Both the position numbers and the translations under genes were made by a program. DNA of 63,965 nucleotides, filler included, from Gonapodya sp. JEL0774 (Eukaryota): the NCBI GenBank assembly GCA_027604505.1. It is 3 parts of 3 records of this genome, joined end to end, with 100 filler letters (N's around TTAATTAATTAA, not from the genome) between each part and the next. Parts side by side here need not be neighbours in the genome. Positions count along the whole stretch, not along the records: positions 1 to 23,149 come from JADIIX010000234.1; 2 more parts are not named here. One strand, 5' to 3'. The notes below the pieces were generated by a model. The model did no database searches, was not told where the DNA came from, and worked only from the letters and a program-made list of their open reading frames with translations. Shown here piece after piece: positions 11,983-23,249 of this stretch (position 1 is the first letter of the stretch; the number at the start of each line of letters is the position of its first letter).

Positions 11983-13730
11983 ATGGAACTTGAAGAGCTC
12001 CTCCTGAACACGGAAGAAACAGATGACGACCTCTATGTGTACAACGAGGATGCTGGAGGTTGGCTGAGGAGGTCTTTACATCGGGCAGCTGGTGAAAAGC
12101 CATTCATCATCCAGGCACCACTTTCGCCACCTGATTCTCCGGGACGAAAGGGCGATCGTCATGCAATTTATCTGCGAACGGACTATGCACTTCAAACAGC
12201 ACAATCCTTGGAAACAGTTTTGCTAAGCCCCCCGTCATCCGAGTGGAGAACACCTCCAACCTTCAACCGGAAAGGTCACATAACCGAGAAAACGGAATCT
12301 GCACCCCAGCTGCGCACCACTGCCGTCGTGACCGCATTTTTCGATCCTTCTTTTCAAGGTCGTCGAATCGCTCCGACTGTGGAGGATCTGAGGAAACCGT
12401 GGTGGACAGACCAACAAGTACGTTGTGCTGAAAATTCTCTTCACATAGCCGAGCATATATTTAGAACCTTTCAATAACGATATTCCATTAACTCAGTGTG
12501 ATCAGGTTGGGGTACTACTAGAAACATGGGGTGCACTCTATGAGCAGGAGGAAGCATTCAGGCGAAAACACCTTGTTTTCCTGAAAGATGCGGACAACTA
12601 TGCGGGTATGCGTGCAGCGCTTGTAAATTGGATTTGCAATGTATGGACAGCATTCGCTGCTCGTTTCCTATGCAAATTTTTAATTCTCCATCTGTGACTA
12701 TTTCTTGGCAGGTTTGCGTCGAATTTCAATTCTTACGACAGTCATTCCATCTCGCCGTAGCTTTTCTCGACCTGTACATGCACGTTTTTGACAATACGGA
12801 AGGATCTGAGTTGCCATTTGTAGCTACGGCCGCGCTTGAGCTCTCGCTTCGAACCCAGGTAGTCAACTCATCCTCCCATGAAGTTCATACCGATACTGAT
12901 GCCCGTCTGAACCTGATAGGAAGTCGAAGATGACATGATCCAAGACTTTGAGAAACATTCGGAAGAGCTGAATACAAGCCTCGATGACCCAACGTGGCCC
13001 GGATTTCTTGTGCAATGTGCAAACTATTTCTATCGCTTGCACGATGTCAGTAAGCTCCGTCAAAGCAAACCCCCCGATTAGGTATATTTAATTTCTGTCT
13101 GAATAATGGTTTGTTTTGGAATGCAGCATCTGGCGGGTGATGTTAAGATACCCACGGCCTTCGAGTTCCTCCGACTATTTGCTCACCTTGCTTCGATCCG
13201 AGAGTACGACGGTCCGCCGGAAGACTTGAACCCCCTGGACTGTCATTTCGACGATACGTTCTTGGCCGCTGTCAGAATTCTGGACTTTCTGATTTTTCAT
13301 CACAGAAGTCTAGACTTCCAGAACTCGACCCTTGCTGCATGCGTCTTAGGGGTGGCGTACAAACTTTCTGGTAAGATTCTGTTTCCCTTTTGTCTGACAG
13401 TACAATGTATTGACGTGTTCTCTCAAGATGACTTATTGGAGACGGTAACGGGAATGTCCAAAGCTCACTTGGCTGATGTCATGATTTGGTATGAGGAAGA
13501 GATCGAGCCACTCTTGAACGAATGCACGGGCTTAGCGTTGCGAGCCGCCGACGATTCCCCTATGCACGATAATCATGATCAGATAATTCTGGAAGTCCAA
13601 ACAGACAACACAGTGGACTTAAACGCTCTGGTAAGCTTTGGCTAGCATAGCCTCGGGGCGCCAATCTGACAATCAGCGACTTCTTTAGCTCGAAACATGG
13701 GGCATGCCCGTTTCTCCTTCTTCTCCATAG
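11983..13730 (+). CDS. Divergent cyclin (cyclin N + C folds), multi-exon; 3' end tentative
   Basis: Cyclin box GMRAALVNWICN|VCVEFQFLRQSFHLAVAFLDLY, then IPTAFEFLRLF and SLDFQNSTLAACVL. Confidence 0.8.
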
Positions 13731-13982
13731 TCCCTCTTTCGCACACAATTTTGAACCTCAACATTGGGCAAATGTACAGCATCCACCGCGAAAAGTAACC
13801 TAATGTAACCAAATGGGCGTTGCCCAGCTGTGATAGATAAGAATGATGGGATCAATGTTTGTTCAAGCGATTTGAAATGAAATAACATGCACCGCAACGG
13901 ATAACGGGTGACCGCATGTGGAGTTTTGGAGTGGGGTTGTGGAGTGTGGAACGAAACTCCCCAAGTTCGTGAACATCGCCGA

Positions 13983-16900
13983 ATGACAGAAGTAGGCGGG
14001 AGCGATATTCCAACGCAGCTACGTGCTCGACTCGGAGAATTAAAGAGCGTTATCAACGGCGATGTTCGGCGGCAATCTCCCTCATCGGTGTCGGTTGACA
14101 CGCTTCTGGACGTGCTGGTCGCACTCACAGAGGACCTACGGGCCAAGAAAGGAGAGCAAACAGAGATGATTCAGGGATTCTTTGCACGATGTGAGAGTCT
14201 CGCTTCAATTCATTCTCTTTAGCTGCCATCTGAGCCTGGGTTCACCAGATGATGGGGTGGTCAAAAAGATTCAGAGTTTGCGAATTAATATCGATGACTT
14301 TGCTACTATCAAACTTCTGGCTACTGGCGCGGTTGGGAAAGTCTTCTTGGTGAAATCCAAGCTGGATGGCAAGTTCTACGCAATGAAGAAGCTGAAGAAG
14401 TCCGACTTGCTCAGTCAGCGGGAGGTGAACAGGTGCCATTCAATGCTTCTGCTTGATAGTGGCTAACAAATGATGAATCTAGGCGGCTTTCTTCATGGAG
14501 GAGAAGAACGCTATGGCACTGTCCAGATCCTCAACATGGATAACTTCACTTTATGCCGCGTTCCAGGACAAGGAACACTTATACTTGCTGATGGAATTTG
14601 CTCCCGGTGGAACACTGGATAAAATGATGGAGCGGCACGATGTTATTAACGAGAGGGATGCCAGATTCTACGTGGCCGAGATAGTTCTTGCGATTGAGGA
14701 ACTTCACAAACACCAATACATCCACCGGTGAGTACAATGATTACTACCGGGTGTAAATTTTCGTCGTTTTAAAAACAGAACTGGTCGTCTTCTGATTGAG
14801 TAGCGATATCAAACCGGCAAACATACTTCTGGACGTGAAGGGTCATGTTCGGCTCGCTGACTTTGGCTCATGTATAAAGACAGATGATTCCAAGACAGTG
14901 AAATCATCGAGTCCTGTAGGGACACCCGGTAGGTCTTCGATTTGTTTGCCGCGAAAGCAACTTGGAATAACGACACAAATGGTATCATCAGATTACATTG
15001 CCCCTGAGGTACTTCGTGCCACCGAAACTGGTGGTGGTTATGGTGCCGAGTGTGATTGGTGGTCTCTCGGTGTAACGTTGTTTGAGATGCTCATTGGGGA
15101 AACCCCGTTCGATGGCGATTCGCTCATGCAGGTTTACGGCGAGATAATGAACCATCAAGTGAGCTCCAGCACACCATTAAGTTTGTTCGTTTGTTTTGTA
15201 ATGTGAGAAATCATTTTTGCAGAAAACTTTTGCATTCCCACCGGATGCAGAGCTATCGAATGATGCCCGGGACTTCATCTCCAGGTAACCATGATGTCGT
15301 GAGTTAACTGTACCTCGTGGGGTTTAGACTATCTTCGTCCTTTCAGGCTAATTGCAAAGCGCGAGTGTCGTATGGGTGCCAACGGTGCCCAAGAGCTTAA
15401 ATCACATCCTTGGTTGAAGGACATTGACTGGCAAAACATTCGCAATCGTGAGTACATCTCAGGTTTTTCTTCGTTTCTGAGCCAGCAACGGTGATTTTGA
15501 ACCGGATCCGCTCGGATTCAACAGAACCAGCTCCTTGGATTCCCGATGTCAAAGGGCCTGATGACATAACCTACTGTCATGTTGCCAACGAGGAGTTTAA
15601 CCCCATCAAACCGGCCGGTCGGTCTAAACCCAGCACGGATTCTTTCCCTGGTACAAACCTTCCATTTATTGGTTACAACTATCTGAAGAGCGCCGTTGGC
15701 AACGTCACATGGGAGTTTGAGGGTACTGAGTCTGGTGCTGTCATGGCACCACGAAGGCATTCCAAATCTGGATCGTATGCCTCGGGCAGTTTACAAGTCA
15801 CTTCTGCAGCTGATTTGCAGCGGAAGGACGATGAACTAAAGAAAGTTCAGTTGGAACTACAAAGGGAGTTGCAGAAGAGAAAAGACGCGGACACGGGGAA
15901 GGCTGCTCTTGTCAGTGAAAAGGAGACTTTGGAAGCGACAGTTAGCCGTCTCTCTCGAGAGCTGCGAGACAGCAAACAATTGTGTGCCAAATTGCAACAG
16001 GAAATTGAAGAAAAGGAAGTGTGCATCGCGCAATCTTCACAACCAGAGTCCACCACTAGTCTCGAGTCTCAGAAACGTGATCTGGAAGGGCGACTGCAGC
16101 AACTTGGTGAAGAGATGGCGCTTGTTAACTCAGACAACCTCGAACTCCGTGCAAAGGCGTCAGAAGCTGTACGGGAACGTGCCAAGGCAGAGAGCGAGCT
16201 CAAATCTTTGGAAACGAAGCTCGTGGAAGAGGTAACCGTCCGAGCGCACCTACAAGAGAAGATATTGGAACTCAGCTCCATTCGAGAGAACTTGATTTCA
16301 TCGAAAGAAGAGCTGTCGCGAACATATACGAAAATGGAGCTTGATTGGAAGAATGCTTCAGAAGAGCTCAGTAAGCTCAGGTCACTGCACGAAAAAGGAG
16401 ATGAAGAGTTTCACAAACAACGTGATTCGCTGTCTGAAGTTCAGAAGAATTTAAATACAACGGCAGCAGAGCTAGCGGTTGCGCGGACAGCTTTAGCGGA
16501 GGTCTCGGCGGATCGAGACAGACTTCGTGAAAAGGTGTCCGAACATGCGAAGGGTTCGAATGCGAACAAAAGTTTGGAAGATGAACTTCAGTCAGCGCGA
16601 AAGAAAATTGAGGATTTGTCGAAGGAAATGGAAGATCTTCGGCGAACCCACTCTCTAACTGTGGGCGAGCTGACTGCTTGCAAAATTCAGTTGCAAGAGG
16701 CGAAGGCGGCCGCTCAATCGGTGAAAAGTAGCCGAGAAGACACTCTTAGAGAGTTGAAAGAACTTCAAGTGAAATCCGTAAAAGAAAAGTCAACTCTTCA
16801 AAGCGTAATCTCAACTCTGGAAACGTCAGTTCGAACATTTGAACAACAGCGATTGTCAGCTGCCGCAGAGCTGACCAGCGCCCTGCAAACTAGCAACAAC

Positions 16901-19554
16901 CTACAAAATCAACTTGCTGATTCACTTCTGCTCCGATCGACGATTGAGTCGGAGAAGAAACAGATTGAGAATGATTATCAGACTTTTTCGCGACAGAAAC
17001 TCGGGGAGCTTCAAATGTTGAGTCGTCGAAACCGGGAGTTAGAACAGTCTCTAGCGACACTGGAAAGTAAGAATAAGGGGGCGCAAGCGAATCTTGATGT
17101 GTTGTTTAAGAATTGCCTTCAACTTAAACGCCGTGTCGAGGATTTGGAGAAAGAACGAGATGACTTAGAAAAGCTGAACATTGACCTGAAGAGTGCAGAG
17201 CGTTTGGCACAATCAGATCGCCAGCAGGGGGAGGCGCTTCGTCTTCGAATGGAGGAAGAATTCGAGCAGTTGAAGCTCAAGGTAGAGCAGGATCATGAAG
17301 CTCGTGTGCTCTTGGAAGTCACGGAATCTAATTTGCGCGAAGAAATAGAAGGTGTATCCCAGGAGCTGGCAGTGATTACAAGCGAGAAAGAAAGCGCTGT
17401 TTCCAGAGCAGTGCAATCCGAAGCGCGAATCACAGAATTGGAGGAACAACTTGAGGCTTTCAAACGGAGGATGAAAGATTTGGAGGTTATTGCCCCAATA
17501 ACGCCATTGAGACGAAAAGAGTCTGACAATGAGAGCGCGAAGCCTCCATCGGCCAAGAAATCCCCGAATAAATTCAAGGACTTATTTTCCATTACGAAGC
17601 GACAACGGAGCCAAGCCCATGAAGCCATACATCAATTCAATGAAGCTGAGGGAGGATCATCTGAACTGCCACCGCACTCGCGACTTTCCACATCTCTATC
17701 GGAGAGCCAGTCCATGGCTCTTAGCAGCGCAATCTCCCACTCACGAAAGCATAGTATTGATCAAACTTCTATTTCGTCATCTTCTAAATCAAACGAGAAC
17801 CTGCCGGGATCAAGTTCGTTTTGCTTTCTTGGACACCCGTTTCGTGTCTCATCATTGACATCTTTTGGATTTCTTTCCAGCTTTCGACTTTGACGTCAAG
17901 GAAATCAGCGGGCCATTGAGAGGTACGTCAAGATCCAATGAGTCGGAAATCGAAATCTGAATTAACTGGTCATTGGCAATAGTTCCTGACGGTAAGAGCC
18001 GGAAGCAACGGTTGTGGGCTCACAGATGGGCTGTGGCGCGAGGGGATGCTCTGTATCTCTGGGACACCGGTGGCAAGGAACCAACCTCTCAACCACTAAG
18101 TTCCGCGACTGAAGTTATTTCTCTACGGTGAGTCAAACTTGAATGACTGCTAGTCCGGAATTGCAGCTGAAACATTCCTGTGCCTCCAGAGTCGCATTCT
18201 TCTATATTTCATCCGTCACCTATGCTGAGCTGTACCACGTGAAAGAATGTCCGTCTATATTTAAAATCCACATTCATGACGGACAGGGCATCGAAGAGGT
18301 ACGTTTCCGCAATACGTTTCGGATGTGGCAGTGCTGAATGTCTGTATGTTCCAGAAGGGAGCCACTAGTCTCGCTTCAAAGCCCGCCGACTTCCACAAGT
18401 ATCTCGCACAACTAGATCGAGATCTCAAGGTGGAGCGTGACGTAGCGAGTGGGGCACTGAAGATGGTGCAGAAGTACCCAGCTACACACGCCGCATACGC
18501 GACCTTGAAGGATAAATTGGAAGCAAGCAACAAAAGGATCCAAGAGCTTGAAGACGAAAGGGCTAAAATCATAAATCAAATGCGCTCTCTTGGGATGAAC
18601 GTGGACGCTGTTCAGGTAGATCATTCTCACATGGAGGCCGAAAAGGGCAAGTTCTCACAATGACGTCTGTATTTCCAGGCTCTCGAAACGCAAGCATCAC
18701 CTCAGGTACTTGAAAAGTGGAAAGCATCCTTGAATGAGAAGTTGCTTTCGCTGAGAGGGGACTCGGAGAAAGAGGAGCAAGCGAAAGAACTGAGTCGTCA
18801 ACTGAAAGTCTTGGAAAAGGTAAAAACGTGCAGGTTCACTAAAGATATATTGAAGAGAGAGCGCTAAATTACTTCCATATTTTTTTTTCTGAACATTGTC
18901 AGGGCTCGCCTGAAGCGCAAGCTCGCGTCATCGAGATACTTGAAGAAGGCGGAGACGGAACCTTCTTCAACTACAAGGGTCACAAATTTCGGCTCTATTC
19001 GCAAAAGGCATCGGAGCGAACTGAGTTCCATGGATGTCAGATCTGCCACGACGCACTTTGGGTACGCTCTGAAATCGTCAAATGTGGCGGTGAGGACGAT
19101 GATTGGTGTTAATACCTTCAAGCGCTCTTTTGATGTATTTCCCAACTTTTCAAGACTGCTCCCTCTTGAGTCACAAGCAGTGCTACAAGCAGAGCCAACT
19201 ATCTTGTGCAACCTTTTCTGCTCTCAAGAAGACGAAACCGCTCGTGAGTGTGATTGAGGACTATGAGAGTTGGATCGTGACGACTAACCTGTTGCGATAC
19301 CATAGTACTTCCTCGCTCAGTCTGAACAGGATCAACGACGGTGGATATCCGTACTCGAGCGACTTCGACGGGAGGTGGAGCGAAGTCCCATGGGTGTACA
19401 ATTCCCAGGATCTCCCAGCTCCCTCACATCACCTCAGATACCAGGCAATGATATTGGTACGTCTGTGATCTTCCAGGAAAAGCAAGTGAATTTCTGACAT
19501 GTGCTTGCTCTGCTTGTAGAAGCAATTATTTCTCCTATTTCTCTGACACGATGA
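13983..19554 (+). CDS. ROCK/MRCK/DMPK-family AGC kinase: kinase, long coiled coil, split PH with HR1-like and C1 inserts
   Basis: N-terminal [11 protein letters not shown]...FFAR extension; [62 protein letters not shown]; hydrophobic motif [13 protein letters not shown]; ~550 aa coiled coil in the 800-aa exon; C1 HKF...CQIC...CGDC....HKQC.......C; PH C-half [15 protein letters not shown]. Confidence 0.92.
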
Positions 19555-19747
19555 CATAGCTCCACATCTATCGCATGTTACATGTCGCTGTATTAGTGCA
19601 TTAGCATATATGTACATATGAATCTGAAATGATGCATGAGTTCTCAGTTCTTCGTTAACTTTCAAATGAACAGGTGGTGCCTCCCAACAGGTGCTCCCTG
19701 CAAAGAGCGAGTTTGACCGAGCAGTCACAAGAATCTGACAATTCGCC

Positions 19748-21289
19748 ATGGCTTCGTTCGATCACCCTCGAGTTGAATCCGCAGACACTGTGGACGACAG
19801 CTTTTTTCAGGACGATGACGCAGAGATTTTAGACGATGCGCTGTCTGATCACACCGATACCCCGCCAGTGACGGAAGAGGGATACACGATAGTGGACGCA
19901 GAGAGGCATCTTGGCTTGGCACTTGTGAGTAGTGTAACATTAGAGTCTGACGAATAATGACTCTCTGTGTTCCGTTGGAGTGTTACCATTGTGGGTGGGG
20001 GTGCTCCGGAGCTCTCCGTCACTTGCAGCGAAGAAGGATCGGAAAGCTATAAAATCGTCCACAAAGCACAATTTTGTCATAAGACAGCGATCTTGATTTC
20101 GAAAAGGCTACTGATGATCGTGTCTGCCCCTCGCCTTCCACATAACCCACCCACACCGTAACCGAAGAATCGACCCCCCAGTCTCACCAGCGAGTCACAC
20201 TCTGACGTCACTGGCACATTCCCATCCGATGAACTCCCCGCCTATGATGTTGACGTCGAGCAAGCCCATTTGAAGAGTTTGGACGAGAAGAAGCCCGTCG
20301 AGGAGGAAGGTACCGGCAAGGATGACGGCAGACGGCAGGATCTCAAAACGGCAAAGGGGGTCGTTCACTGGGTGGGGCCAAACGACACACTAGTTGGCTT
20401 GTCGCTTAGGTACAATGTGTCGGTGAGTGTGGAAGCCTTGGCTGTTCAGTGATGGTTGAACATCTAGTGCACGCCGTTGATTTTGTGCCTCATCTCCGCT
20501 GATTCTCCCCCGACCAGGTCGAATCGATCCGCGTCGCAAACCGTCTCTTCACAAATTCTGTTTTCGAGCGCGGGTGTCTCCTCATTCCCGTCACCAACTA
20601 CTCGGGCCCTCTGCAGGACGTACGGTCGGAGGAAGATGGTGAGCAAAGCGTGGTTCCACAAGGCGCTCTCTTTGTAGACGCGCTGGAGCTGAAAGGAAAA
20701 TGGAGATGATGCCATGTTTTCGAGTTCTTTGGCGATTAGGTGTCTTGTGTATGCGTTTGTTTTCACCCAAATCCCCACTCCCACTCCCCGCCCCCCCCAA
20801 TCCAAAGAGCGCAAATCTCTCGTAAAGCGTTTCCAAATCGCCACCAAATGCGTTGACACCGACGAGTGTTGGTCCTACATGCGCCGTTTTGATTTCTTCC
20901 TCGAGAAGGCCCTGGAAGAGTACTGGTCCGACGCGAGGTGGGAGTCGGACCATCCGTTGAATGGGTGAGTGAACTGCCGCCGGAGCGGAACTTGGTGGGG
21001 TTCAGTGTGGGAAATGGGGAGGGGGCCGGGAACGCCTGAGGTGTCGCATTACCGTCCGCGGGCTCACCTCCACTTCCCCACTCCGCCTATCCTCGCCCTC
21101 CTCGCCCACCGCCGTCACCCTCTTTTATGCATGCTCCCTTCCAGATCCATCCCCCCGCACCCCCTCTCGTCCAAGATCGGCCGCGCGTCCTCTCTGACCA
21201 GCAACGCGAGCAAGGGCAAGACGTCCGAGCGGCGGAAAGACCGCACGCCGTGGACCGGTGTGTGGAAGATGTGGAGCGTGGCGACGTGA
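19748..21289 (+). CDS. LysM-domain protein with C-terminal UBA-like helical domain, no signal peptide
   Basis: VVHWVGPNDTLVGLSLRYNVS|VESIRVANRLFTNSVFERGCLLIP is a LysM repeat. VKRFQIATKCVDTDECWSYMRRFDFFLEKALEEYW is UBA_4-like. Confidence 0.75.
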
Positions 21290-21736
21290 GGGGATTGGGG
21301 GGAGGGCAGGCCGCTGTGGGACGGGCAGGACTGTCGGGACGGGCGGGAAGGGCGGGACGGCAGAAGGTGGGGACGACGGGATAGGCAGGATAGGCGGGAC
21401 GTGCGGGACGGCGGTATGGGCGGGATGTCCGGGACGGGACCGAGATATGCGCGCCAGAGCACGACTTGGAGGATCCGACCGCGCGTGTCAGAATGCCCGG
21501 GGCTTGCGGAGCGTGTGGGGAGACGTTTCAGTGTGATCTTGTTCCCTCCCGGCACTACACTTTGTTTTTGTCGCACTTCAACATCAACATCCATAACATT
21601 GAGCGTGCAGTGTAATTCTTTTTGTGGCATGTTTGCAAGAGGGGTGGGGTGTGGAGAGGGAGAAGGGTACATTTTCAGAGTATTGCTCGAGTGCGGATTG
21701 TGATGTGGACACGATTAATTTTTTTTTGTATTTGCG

Positions 21737-21756
21737 GTGTGTGTGTGTGTGTGTGT
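21737..21756. repeat. (GT)n microsatellite
   Basis: Uninterrupted gtgtgt run. Confidence 0.9.
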
Positions 21757-23149
21757 GAATGTTTTAATAACGAGCTGGTCTTTGCATTGTGGTCTGTGCC
21801 TGGCCGGGAAAGGTTGTTTGCACACTCACCCTGTTCGCTGGTCTCCATGTGGTGGTGGAGTGTACTTGATGTGCTTGAGATATCATTGGAACACGACACG
21901 ACATGACCCCTGGCCACTGATCCGGAGCCACACATGCGCCGCCCCCAAAGGTGGAGAGGTGACGGAGCAGCGGAGAACAGGCGGGGTGCGGTGCCCAGGG
22001 TTCGGGGTTCGGCTTCCGGGCTCCGGGATTCGGAAGGATGCTCGTGCAGGTGGAGCTGGGCATTTCGCTGGGAGCCGGCTGGAGGGGCCGGGAGGGGCTC
22101 CTCACGACACGTGCACAGGGCCACGGACCAAACGAGACACGCGGTGATGAAAAGAAGGAGGGAGTAGGGACACAAAAGGACGACGGGAGAAGGAGAAGAA
22201 GAGAAAACGTCCGTGTAATGTGGAGGGTATCACAGTGTTTTCCATTACAACCGAACAAAGCAAACCGCAAGAGATGCTGAGCGTCTCCTCCGGCACTCCA
22301 CTTCCACCCTACCCCTGCTCTATCCTTTCCGACCACGCCTCCACACAACGCCACGTCGAGTGGTGTTGTGGTGCGAATCGACCGTCGGACAAGTCACTAG
22401 AGTCCCTCCCCGTCCCACCCTGTCCCGTCCCGCGCATCGGCGTATGGTGTTCATGCGTGTGCCACAGATCGGAGGTGAGGAGTGAGGAGTGTGGATTGCG
22501 GGATGGGGTCCGACGGAATTATTGCACCCGTGGGGGTGGTGAGACGGGACTCGGGTCTCGACCAGTCTAGCTGGGGTGGCGTGGCAGAGGGACCCGCGTG
22601 GGGAGGCGAGGAGTGGAGTGTGGTGGGAGAACGAGAAACGCCGCAAAGTGTGGAACAGGGCGAGGTGGAGCGAGGTGGGGGTGGTTGTCACCTCGGCAGC
22701 GTTCAAAAAGGGTATCCGGAACCCGGGTGGGGGTCCCGGGGTATGTACATGTCCTGGACGTCCGGTGTTGGTTCGATGATGGACGTTGGATGTCGGTCAC
22801 ACTCCACTCCAAGGACCGAGGACCGAGGAATGCCTTGTCCACAGACTGGTTGGTTGGTCCAGAGTGGTGGTCCACCAACCCTCGCCTCGGTCGTTCGCTT
22901 CGCACCACACCGGTGCTCACCACCCCTCCCACAATCCGCGTTCCCCTCCCAAACCCTCCACCGCCTCTACCCCCCCTCCCTCCTCCTCCACGTCCACCTG
23001 AACCTCCCCCCTTCCCCCATCGCCCCCACGCACCCCACCCCTCACAAGTTCCCCTCGTGCCTCACCGACCCGAGCGGCTGAGCCTTCACCTCTGCCCACT
23101 CGATGCTGGCGTCTGCGACGGGGTCGACGAGGCCGACGATGCCGCTGGG

Positions 23150-23249
23150 NNNNNNNNNNNNNNNNNNNNNNNNNNNNNNNNNNNNNNNNNNNNTTAATTA
23201 ATTAANNNNNNNNNNNNNNNNNNNNNNNNNNNNNNNNNNNNNNNNNNNN
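23150..23249. other. Assembly gap with six-frame stop linker
   Basis: 44 N + TTAATTAATTAA + 44 N. Confidence 0.97.

Noticed and set aside
13787..13794. CGCGAAAA (E2F/SBF-like) upstream of the kinase
   Set aside because: A single short motif is expected by chance.
21300..23149. Possible remainder of TFC4 or another gene before the gap
   Set aside because: No TPR or other recognisable motif in any frame; left unannotated.
23194..23205. TTAATTAATTAA palindrome (also 46248-46259)
   Set aside because: Artificial all-frame stop linker centred in 100-nt N gaps; not biological.
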